Shown here piece by piece: positions 24,877 to 36,451 of a stretch of 64,000 bases of DNA. A program made the translations under genes and the position numbers. Origin of the DNA: Lytechinus pictus. Lineage: Eukaryota. Position 1 is the stretch's first letter; every line of letters begins with the position of its first letter. The stretch is taken from positions 12,772,001-12,836,000 of the forward strand of contig NC_087249.1 of the NCBI RefSeq assembly GCF_037042905.1, read 5' to 3'. Under the pieces are notes generated by a model. That model searched no databases. It was not told the origin of the DNA and was given only the letters and a program-made list of their open reading frames with translations.

Positions 24877-25474
24877 AATTTTTACATTAATATCACATAC
24901 AAAACAATCGCAATTATTCACAGAACGGATTTTTAAAATATAATAACAGTTAAAAAGCTACTCGTATTAAACATGTAAAATATCGAAACAAAATAATTGT
25001 CGTTATTTGGCATTATGTTAAGAGCAAGATTCTGAATAAAAACACGAGTTTTAAAAATTCAAACAAATGTATTACAACTACAAGCATTGATTTTATTCCC
25101 TACTATGTTTTACAAGCATACCATTCATTGTCATGTAGATAATCACATGATAACCAAAATATATTCTATTCCACAATAATATTATGGCATTGTTGATGAG
25201 TATGGCAAAATTCAAGTTTCTCGATATCTTATAAAGCTTGTCAATACACAGATACAAGAGAAAAAATGCAACAAATAAATTATCAGCATAAACGAAGACT
25301 CAGCTGCCTCTTCAAGTTATCAAAAAACAAAGAAAAAAAGCGATATCAGGACACATTTTCGTTTCATTGGCAAAATAAAAATAGAAACTGAACTGTCGAG
25401 ATGGTTATGTAGCATGGACATAAATACTTTTCATTGAATATATTACCATATATTCAAGCAATTGAGACGAGATT

Positions 25475-28400
25475 TTACAAATCTATTACACGATAGTCTG
25501 CTCTGAAGCCGCTACTAGTAACAGACCCATCCGTCTTCAGGGTTAGTTCCATCCTGTTACCGATTGACACCAAAGAAGCGGCTGGATACTCAGAACCACA
25601 CATCCTGGAGGAGAAGAAAATAAGAAAAAGCAAACACATTAGCATTTATGGATTGAAGGTATATGAATATTATCAAATATGACTACTATTTTCGAATACG
25701 ATAAAGTTCAATCGCAGTAATATATTAAGACGAAACATTATATTAAATGTGTTGTACACCAACAATTAAAAGAGATTAATCACAAAAGTTATCTATCGTC
25801 TCCCTTTTGATCACTATCACGAGATTTGATTATTATATCACTTAAGTTTAATAATGAAGAATAGTAAGCAGCACATGATATGTCCTGTTAAGCCCTTAAT
25901 GTAATAAAGTCAGATTTTTCTCTCAATTTTGATTTTGATTTGATTTCTTTTTATCTTTAAGTTAAATGAATTTCATTATGTGTGACCAATTACTCAAAAG
26001 ACATTCACTCTTCGAAAAACGTTTGCGAGTGAAGTCACAACTTTTATCACTATCCCACTTTTTGGAAAAACCTGCTTCAACACATTTATGTCGATCTTCA
26101 GAAATCTTCTTATTTGCTTTTTAACTCTCCATTCGTCTTGGGCACCCTCGTGGTTTAGCAGTTTGGCGGGATTATCAAATTCATTTTAGCTTTGAAACTA
26201 CGTTCTAAATGTTATGCAAGTTTCATATTTGTGGATTGCTCGATGATAAAGTAGTGGGCAAACTTACTTCATTGGAACTTTGACACCATCTCCGAGATCG
26301 ATCTCCAGTGCGTCCCATCGGCAGGTACTCTGATCCTCCAGCGAGAAGTCTGCGAATGTCAGCTCAACCCGACGATCAGCCTCCACTTCGATCACGTAGA
26401 CACATCGTAGGTTATTATCGTAATCATTAGGATAGTTTGGTGATGCTAATGAACCTTGGTTGTCATCAAAGCTTCCTCCACATGTTCCGACTACAGGAGG
26501 ATTAGTAGTTGTTTCAGTGGTGGTAGTTGGTGCCTCAGTCGTAGAGACACCCTGGATGACGTAAGTAGCTTTGAAACCACGCCCAGTGATGCTGTAATCA
26601 GATGTGAAAGAAACCAACATCTGGTTGCTACTAGAGATCTGGACAGGGGGTAAGGTGCTACCACAGAACTTCTCTCCGATGGCGTTGATATCGTCTTTGC
26701 GGACCTCGACGGAGTCGTAGCGACAGAGGTTCTCGTTTTCGATGTCCATGTCGACGAATGTCAGTTCAATCGTACTTCCTGCAACTCCCTGTTTAAATTA
26801 TAAGTTAAAAGAAAGAAAATGGTAATAAAATTGCATCGTTAGCATTTTTTAATAATATTTTTTTCTACCATAATATATATTTCTTCTTTAGAATGATCAA
26901 TAATTTCCTTTATGGTGATTCGTAAGGTTTGTCATTATTTGGAAAACATCTTTTACAGTATGAATCATTATAGAAGTAGAATCATAGGCGACGGAAGCCG
27001 GGGGGGGGGGGCGACGTGTCCCCCCTAAATTTTAGGTAGGGGGGGGGCGATCCCCCCTAAATTTTTTGTTGGTAACTTTTTTTTTTTTTTGCTTGTAATT
27101 TTTTTTCCTGCGTCCCCTTATAATTTGTGGTTGATAACCTTTTTTTTTTGCTTGTCAAAAAATTGTGTGGTGGTCCCCCCTAAAACTTTTGGCTTCCGCC
27201 GCCAATGAGTATAATGCCACATTGTCTTTATTGATTTCAATCTAAATTAAATCATTATGAGGATATAAAGTCTCACCTCAATAAGGTACATGCATTCCTG
27301 GTCGTTGTCATAGTTACTGGGGTAGTTTGGTGACGTAATCTCTCCCTGTGTGTCCGTCAATCTTTGGTAACATGGTGGTGTAGTGGTAGGTCCACTTCCG
27401 TCCTGACACAAGTCACCGCTGTAACCTGGAGGACATACACAGATACAGTTAGTATCATGGTATCCTCCGTTCTGACATTGCTCAGAGCCCGAACATTCAT
27501 TGTCGCACTCGTAGATGAGGTTGGCTAGGGTGATGTCGGCGTTACTAAGACCAGCTCGGTTACCAAGGAGATGCATCTGAAGAGGATCGATGGTTGTGAT
27601 GGTTGGTTGACCATTGCTTGAGAATCCCTTCAGGAGAAAGAAAATGAAATCAAAATGTTATCAATGTGATCAAGATTAATCACAAAATTTAAAAACCTCT
27701 GATATAATCAAGGATTTATACATGTAATATAAGCGCTAATATTCCAATAAGGGCCGGTGAGAATGTCTCCTCATGGTTGAAAAAAAAATGGTACAACGCC
27801 AACGATAATCGTTTTGAATTTTTTAACAAATTGATTTTAGCTAAGTTTATCTGTATTTTCTTAAATGAAATTGTACATATTTCACTTAAAACGTTCACAT
27901 TTGTTTAGCGGAAGGGCCAAAAGTGATATAATGCTTAATAATGATATAATGTTTTCTTACATGTGATCCGTAGTGCATGACGGAGCCGACGTCGTACTCG
28001 ACGTTGCGTGTCGTCACATAATTCCAGTCATACTTTTCGAAGTTGTCTTCCAAGCCAGATTGGATGTTTTCAAAGTGGACATTGATGTAATCGTCTCTGT
28101 CTGGTCGAGATTGTTCGTGATGGAACCCGATGGCGTGTCCGATCTCGTGAGCGACAATACCAAGCTGTTAATAGAAAGAACAAGTGAAGCTTTCACTTAG
28201 AGACGTTGCGACAAAAACATTGATTAACAGACTTTAAACAATGAAAACTTGCCTTTTGTTTGACTCGAGGGTCCCGTGTTTGAAAGATTTTACCTGAACA
28301 AAATTGACTTCTCTCCACCCAATACTAATCTGTTTCTTTATATCTCCATTCGCAATCGGTTTTCCCGTTTGAGTTTTCGCAACACTACGTAGACGATTTG

Positions 28401-29958
28401 TGGAACTTTAGAATCTATTGTCAACAGCCCTTCATGACAAAGCAGCTAGCCTTTGTCGAAAATCGGTGAATAAAATCAGCAGTGTCGTCTTGGACTGTGG
28501 ACCAACAACAAATTTTGCCCTTATTCGTCACCTCTAAATCTTAAGACAATCGACTGCCCCGAATCGACAGTTTTCGACAATGACCTCTAATCTGTTCGCT
28601 GTAATTTTGACGGGCATTTTCAATAGATTCTCAACGTTCCAGAAAGTGTCTGCGTAGTAGTCGCGAAAGATCGCGAGTGTGCCATATCGACCATTATCAT
28701 CAAATGATTGATATGTTAGAAAATCATCTAAAATGAGAAGGAAAAGATGTAGGAATAAAAGGTAAACTTACGTATTCACATCCTGATCCGATGGATATCT
28801 GTTGTTCGCCATTAAAGACCCTTCCGACAAAGGACCAGCAACCACCACCCTTGATGAATGAAAGATAAGTGTTATGGCCTAGGTCACTGGCATGTGAGGA
28901 AGTTCGTGGTTCGAATCTCAAACATGTATGCTGTTCCCAGTGGTCCATGGCTGCACGAATCACCTGGCTATCACCACCTAGTGAATCAAGGGGAAAAAAA
29001 AATATATATATATATGGCAATTTCATAATGATATACCATCAAAGTAATTTGAAGAGTGATTTGAAGTTAATTGAACACCCTTCTTGCCCTTTTGAACAGT
29101 AATCAAAATTCCTTCATCAAACTGATTATTTGATGGTATATTTCTTTTGTAATCTGAAAGTACTTCATTCTATTCAAGTTCTATGCATGATTTTTGCTCA
29201 GTAGACCTATCAATTAATCTATTTGAAGCTGGTTGAGGTATGATAGAAACATAAGATTGACAATTCTTACTTGAAGATGGCGAGATTTCATAAGGAACGA
29301 TGTTTAAGGTCCAACGAGCATTCTCATTGATGACAGCTTTTCTCTTCTTACGACCAGCCTTCTGATCATCGATGGCCTCTTCGATTTGTCTCAGTTGATC
29401 TACTGTTAACATCATATCTCCTTGAAAGGCTCCAGGAGTCGGATCCTCATCGATGGGTTCATCAAAAAGGTGTTGTGCGACACCGTCTAGTGGTTTCTTG
29501 AGTGGAGGTGCCTCCTGTTGTTTAAAAAAGTAACGAAGAGTTAGAATCCTGGTAATTCTAACCAATAAATGCTGCAGTGTTTATTAACATGTCTCTAAAT
29601 ATTTGAAAATGTAAATACTTATGTGTCGTGAAAAGAGACAAAGTGTCTTGAGCAATATTGGGAAGAACGTGGAGAAAATCAGAAAATCATTGCCTTTGTT
29701 TCCTAAAGCAAAACATAGCGGTACAAACAAAAAATAAGGAAAAATATTGACTGCATGTCTTTACAGGCTTTGCAGGCTTATTAAACTTAAAATTATATAT
29801 ATTTAGAATAATTATTTAGAAATATTTCTTACCGTTGGTATCTCTTTCTCTTCCTTGGCATTCCTAGTCATTCTGTTCAGAAGGTTATCAGTGAGTGGCA
29901 ACCCAAGAAGTCCTGGGATTAGTAGGGCTATGAACGATAGTACGAGTGCAGTTTTCAT
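25475..29958 (-). CDS. SpAN/BP10-like astacin (M12A) metalloprotease, paralog A, 593 aa
   Basis: Exons 29958-29833, 29514-29271, 28977-28772, 28164-27961, 27627-27277, 26788-26268, 25604-25475 (1782 nt, GT-AG). Signal peptide [19 protein letters not shown], prodomain FQGDM, furin-type RKKR, zinc motif [12 protein letters not shown], Met-turn SVMHY, EGF, CUB, Thr-rich linker, CUB. Confidence 0.93.
26983..27207. mobile_element. hAT-like MITE in gene A intron 5
   Basis: TIRs CATAGGCGACGGAAGCC / GGCTTCCGCCGCCAATG; 8-bp flanks AGTAGAAT / AGTATAAT. Confidence 0.75.
28380..28665. mobile_element. Fold-back repeat in gene A intron 3; related longer copy in gene B intron 6 (~46625-47120)
   Basis: Shared AGAATCTATTG...GCCCTTCATGACAAAGCAG...CAATAGATTCTCAACGTTCCAGAAAG. 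Confidence 0.65.
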
Positions 29959-30131
29959 GATGGCTGGTTGTTCTCTATCAGGTGTTCTTCAGACTTCTTT
30001 CTTCGTTATTGTCTTCTTCTTCTTCTTCTTGTGAGTTGGTAAAATGAAAGTTTCTTCCGCTTCTTGCAGTTCTCTTTCTCGATCTTCTTTTTGATGTTGT
30101 CTTGATGTCGTCTTCTAGCGCTCTAGGAGCA

Positions 30132-30167
30132 ATCTGAAGAAGTCGCCTCTGAGCTGCCATATTTATA
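30132..30167 (-). promoter_or_regulatory. TATA box and initiator-like element of gene A
   Basis: TATAAATA (30167-30160), 22 nt, then TCAGAT (30137-30132). The same arrangement and spacing occur upstream of gene C. Confidence 0.65.
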
Positions 30168-31592
30168 CTTTCGTCAAGACACACTTCTCTGCTATCTGCA
30201 ATGGAGTGACGTATTTCTGGACAAAGTAAGATATACGTATGCCCATTCAGGCTATTGTATTCTTTTCAAAGTTGATTTACGTAAAGATGTGCGGGCGTCT
30301 TGTGATGTGCTTCAACGGTTTTGTGATGTCCCTCTGACCCCTTCACCCAGGTACCACGCACAACAAAAGGATTTACATCTCGGATGATCAATACTTCTAC
30401 TTTTGGTGTATTTCATTGGTGACGTCTTAATGTTATTGATTAGTTTGACGTATGGGGCATTCCTTATCTATAGGCCAACATCATACCATGTTGTCCTGAC
30501 AGAATGTCAAAAATATTTTCACTTCTTGATTTGTTATTAATATGTTGTTGGGTTCCAGATTTCTATAACAAGTTAAAGTTGGCAATATACGTAATTGATA
30601 AATTGAAAAAGAAAGGATAAACAACATCGTCGCTCGACGCATTTTATGGAATTATCTTCCTCTTTCATGTCTTGATTTTTATAGTTTGGTGCAAAAAAAA
30701 AAATGCTGCACTTTATTTAAAATCCATGCAATTTTCACCAAACTTTGCAAAGTTGTAAAAGAAGGTATACCTAAGAGGTGCAAACATGTGCTTGTTTTCA
30801 AACTATCGATCGATCAGCTCTCTTATTCATGTTCTTAGTGCAAATGTGCTTCTTAAAACACGCGCCAAAAGCTTTGGTATCTATGTGAGGAAAAATTCCA
30901 AACCACTCTACCATTTATTCAAACTCGGGGTCATATTCATCATACTTTGCAGCACAACAGAGAAAAGTATTTTGAAATTGTAGTGGAATAAAAGAATATG
31001 GTCCATATTATAATTCCAGTTTATTAGCTTCTTATTTTACATCCGAATTTGATGAAATTTTCAGCATTATGCTTGTTGGATATTTTTTTCTTTTTATTCA
31101 AATCAACTTTTTGTTGGGGCGTACTTGTCCTCAATGATATTAAAATTTATCCACTATGTCGTAGACGTGATAAAACTTAAAATATTCCATATTCCCTATT
31201 AATTTAGGAAGAAATTTATCCTCTTCTTCACTGGCGTACAGAATGATGAATGGGATTTGATGAATATGGTTCATACTACTACGGCCAAGACAAAAAAAAG
31301 TATAAAAAAGAAAGAAAATGAAAGAAAATCAGGTAAGCTATGATGTCATTTTCTCAATATCATGTCAACACCTATCACAAATTGGATTTTCATTTTAAAG
31401 TAAATAAGATCAGAGCTTTTGTTTGCTCGCTTTTGCTCTGAACTTTTGATAAATGTTTCCGTGCACGCCATGTGATGGCCCCTTACTTTTTGTTTAAGCG
31501 TTTGATTGAAAACACTTAACGCCCTACCCCCCCCCCGCATCAGGTCCCTGATCGTGGACACTACACCGGAAGTTGTAACACGTGTCTTCCTT

Positions 31593-32191
31593 TTAAAGGT
31601 CAAGTCCACTGAAGAAAAATGTTGATTTGAATCAATAGCGAAAATCAAACAAGAATAATGTTGAAAGTTTCTTAAAAATCGGATGTAAAATAAGAAAGTT
31701 ATGACATTTTAAAGTTTCACATATATTTCACAAAACAGTCATGTGCACAACTCAGTGATATGCAAATGAGAGTCAAAGATGTCCCTTACTCACTATTTCT
31801 TTTATTGTTTGAATAATACAATATTTTATTTTCACTGATTTGACAGTAAGGACCAACTTGACTGAGTCATAAAATGGTTAAACAATAGTAATTCTATATG
31901 TTCATGGCGAAATAAAACTTTGTTTCACAGGATAATGAGGAAAAAATTAGAATAATTCATATTTCATGCAATAAAATACAAACGAAATAGTAAGTGAGTG
32001 ATGTCATCAGTTCTCTCATTTGCATACCGACCGGGATGTGCATATAAATATATTGTGATATTAAGCGAAAATTTGAAATATCACAACTTTCTTATTGGGC
32101 CGATTTTGATGATGTTTTTGTTGTTATGCTTGTTGGATTTCAATCTTTTTTGTTAAAATCAACTTTTTGATAGGATGGACTTGTCCTTTAA
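31593..32191. mobile_element. Kolobok-like MITE (TTAA flanks, AGGTCAAGTCCAC termini)
   Basis: TTAA-AGGTCAAGTCCAC...GGACTTGTCCT-TTAA; further copies at ~32707-33250, ~50888-51430, ~61741-62230 and remnants at ~4300-4960, ~16620-16850. Confidence 0.75.
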
Positions 32192-32706
32192 TGGATCCAT
32201 GAAATCAAATTGATTAATTTATCACACAAACTTAGGTGTGATATCCAAATCCAAATATAATTCCGCGTATAAGATAATGCTTATTGATGCAGATACTTTT
32301 TAAGGGAGATAGTAAACGAAAGAGGTGAACGAAAATTGTGATACATTGAGAAACATAAAAAGAAAAAAAAAGGGAAGGGGAGGATAGAAGGAGAGAGAGA
32401 GATTTTAAAGGAAGGGGAAGAGATAGAAATGAGAGTTGAGGGAGAGAGTAAACGAAAGAGGTGAGCGAAAATTGTGATACATTGAGAAAGATAAAAGGAA
32501 TAGAAAGATGGAAAGAGTTATAGAGAGATGGACGAAAGGGAAATAGTGAAGAATGAAAGGTGGGGAGGGAAAAGAGAGAGGGGGAGAAAGAGGGGGGAGG
32601 GGTGGATGGATAATATTGGGAGCTAGCCTGTAGTCGGAAGGGAGAGTTAAAGGTGTGAGAGGGAGCTCTGGAAAAAGGGTGAGTTGAGTAACACAACGTT
32701 GCACTC

Positions 32707-33250
32707 TTAAAGGTCAAGTCCACCCCAACGAAAAATCATTTGAACAAAAAAAAAAAAAGAGAAAAATCAAGCAAGCATGAAAATTTCATCGGAATCGGGT
32801 GTAAAACAAGAAAGTTATGGCATTTTTAAATTTCGCTTATTTTTCACAACTCAGTGATATGCAAAGGAGTATTTCCTTTTTTTTATTGTTTCCATAATAC
32901 AATATTTCAATTTTTACAGATTTGAGAATAAGGACTCTCTTGTTTAATCTAAAAATGTTAAAACAATGATAATTACACATGTTCATGGCGGAATAAAACT
33001 TCGTTTCATATGACAATGAGGAGAAACTTAGAATATTTCATATTCCATGTAATGAAATACAAAAAAATAGTAATTTTCATCATCATTCTCCTGATTTGCA
33101 TACCGACCAGCATGTGAATATAACTATTCTGTAAAATAAAAATGTAATACCTTTTTTTTCATCCGATTTTTACGAAATTTTTAGTGTTATGCTTGTTTAT
33201 CTTTTTTTATTTATTCAAATCAACATTTTTCGGGTGGACTTGACCTTTTA
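32707..33250. mobile_element. Kolobok-like MITE, second copy
   Basis: TTAAAGGTCAAGTCCACCC...GGGTGGACTTGACCTTT. Confidence 0.75.
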
Positions 33251-36200
33251 CAACTTTCGGTGTGGTGTCCACGATCAGGGGCCGGGTGCGCGCGGGGCCG
33301 GGGGGGGGGGTTGAGGATTTAGAGTGCTTTCAATCAAACGCTTAGACAAAAATGAGGGGCACCACATGGCGTGCACGAAAACATTTCTCAAAAGTTCCGA
33401 TAAAGCAAAAGCGAGCCAACAAAAGCTTTGATCTTAGTTTAAAATGAAAATCCAATTTATGATAGGTGTTGACGAAAAAAGTTCACCCATATTTTTCCCG
33501 ATCGGCCGTGGTTTTTGTTTCCTTGAATGGGTGGTCCTAACAGTCTTATAAAAAAATACTAATCTCATAAGTCGAAAGGCCCGGTCTCACTGCACTTACG
33601 AATACATAGCGGATGTAAAACGTTATAAAATCTTGCCATCCGTTGGAAAACGCTATGCATCCGTTGTGTAATCATTGCATACGTGTTACATACGCTCTAT
33701 ATCCATCGAGCCTCCGTCCGGATGAACTTTCAGCCGGTAAAAATCATCAACATAATACGAGAATTACGAGCAACAAACGTTCTATGTCCGTTATCATCAG
33801 GGGCGTAGCTACGGGGGAGGGGCGGGGGCACGTGCCCCCCAGAAAAAAATATTCTGCCGGACAAAGAAAATTGGTAGGGCCTAAGTTACAGCATCATTTA
33901 CATTTCATTCTTAAGTGTTATACATATTTTTCTGACAATGAGAGCACAGATTTAAAACGGGGGAAATCATAAAAATCACTATGCCTATATGTTTTTCACA
34001 CACAGGTGGATCCAGGGGGGTCCGAGGGGCCCGGTCCCCTCTATTGGCGGAGAAAAAAAAGGGGGAAGAAAGAAAAAAGAAAAAGAAGGGGAAAGAGAGG
34101 AGGAAAAAAGAAGAGGAAAATAAGAGGAAGAAGACGAGTGAATGATTAAATAAGGTGAGGGGGAAGACTCATACTTTCACAGGGGGGGGGGCGGGCAAAC
34201 TTGGGTAAAAACGGTACATTACAAATTTTGATGTGGCTCTCGAAAGGGGGCACGGGCCGGCAGTGCCCCCTTGGATCCGCCACTTATTTATATATTATCT
34301 GTAACTAGAGTCCTGATGCAAAAACGCTGTGAAATTATGCGTTGCGACGTGTGACGTTATGCGTTAGAAAACTTACGACATTATGCGTTGACTGCGACAT
34401 TAGTATTATGCGTTGGAAGCTCTTGGCATAATGTCGCAATCTGTGACATTATGCGTTGGTGTGACATTATGGGTTGCTGCGACATTATCGGTTGTAACAA
34501 CCCCATAGTTTATTTAAAGAATTATTCTACCCTATATTTTGAATCCACCTTAAACATACTCATTGAAAACATTTTTTGAATGTGTTTGCCAACAATTTTC
34601 TTTCTTAAAAAAATATCCACCCCTTTCAAAGAGGACACAGTGGCGTACTTGACAGTGATGTAAGGAACATAAGCCATCGAGATATTACTCTTTCATCTGT
34701 TTTTTAACCTTGTTTACATGCATTGGTGGATCCAGGGGGAGCCGGCCCTTGCTCTACTAAAAACTAAATTTAAAAAAATATATAAAAGATGAAAATTGAC
34801 ATCCCTGCCCCACCCCCTTTGTCAAAGAAATATTGATTCAAACTTTTTGATTCACTCGTAGGCCTACATAATTTTTGCCTGGTAGCATATCGTGCATTTA
34901 AAAATTACATGTAAGAGAGATAATAACGTTTGTAAACAAAGTAAATTATATCAATTTTGTATAACTGTTTTTCATTATCATTGTGACATTTATAGTTCCT
35001 TGAACATTTTCGCTTGATTTACCTTAGACCATGCTCATCGGGGGGGGGGGGGGGGGGGGGGCTGTTGTCGTTATGCCCTACAACATCACAGACACTGACC
35101 TCAAAATACTAAGGTTCCCAATAACTATACACATGAACAGAGTTACGGCGTTTACAAAAAAAAGCTGTTAATGTTACAGAGTGAAATTAAACCTTCACAA
35201 TTGGGATATATAATTGAGATCATTTTCTCATGAGACGATTTAAACTATTATCTTTTATGACTTCCCGCCATTAAAAGAAGACAAAAAATGTATTCTACGA
35301 AAAAATCTACGGCACCCAGGCAACAAACAAACATTCGAAGTTATATAAGATCGGTATTTTATAAACATTTTTCTTTTTACTGATGTGTCTACTTAATACT
35401 GATCATGTCCATAACAGTTTGAAGTTTAAAAAAAACAAAGCATTTATCTTCTTCAGACGCACAGTCTGATCAACGGTTATCATGACTGGACAATAGTTTG
35501 TCTACGTCACAACACGGTCCTTTCAAGTATATGTTTGTTGTTGTTGTTTTTGTTACTATGTTTGCTCTGAGTCACAGTTCATGTTGACCAATTAGGATCT
35601 GAACCGAATGTCTTTAGAGAAAACGCGCGGTTTACAAAGACGTCAGTTTTGACAGAGTAACTAATTTTAATCCCATTCATAGTCCTAATCCTAATCCACC
35701 CAAGAATTGGTTCCGTTCGGACTGATCATGTAGGTCAATACACATTCATACGTCAGTGGGAAGATAAAGGGTTTTTGTACCCAGAGCATAACCCATTCAC
35801 GCGAGTCAGAAGTCAACGGACTCATGATCTGTTAGATAACTTAATAATTCACAGTCATAATTCCATAATCAATCCCATATATATACGTTTAGATTTCTCT
35901 CAGGTATTAGCATTCCATTTAATTTCGTTAATTTTCAGCAATTACAACAATTTTAATCATTTTCTGCAGTACAACTTGGCATACAAGTTACGATAAACAT
36001 ATATTTGAAAATGAACATACACAGTGAAAATGCTGTTTATTTTGTTTTATACAACTTTGTTTACTATAATGAACATTACAGCAGTTATTTAAACAGTTTA
36101 AATGAGTGTTTAAATCTTAACCAACAACGTTTGATTTTCAATATTTAATTTTCAATAATTTAAGCATTCTTGTTTAAACTGGAAACAACTCCTGTACGGT

Positions 36201-36287
36201 CCGTATATAGGAAACAGTGTTGTATATAAAATTTTAAACATCGTTTTTACCATGTAGACAATAAAATAGTTCTGCAATGGGTTGGTA

Positions 36288-36451
36288 ATACCTTGGTCAC
36301 ATTTGCTCTACGGCGGCCGTACGGCGAGTTGAAAACAGCCGTTTTAACATTTTTTGCACCAACTACACATAGGTGGTTTGAATTAAAATTAATAAGACGG
36401 CTGTTTTTGACTCGCCGTACGGCCGCCGTAGAGCAAATGTGACCAAGGTAT
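36288..36451. mobile_element. Short fold-back MITE
   Basis: About 60-bp near-perfect inverted arms ATACCTTGGTCACATTTGCTCTACGGCGGCCGTACGGCGAGT. Confidence 0.8.
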
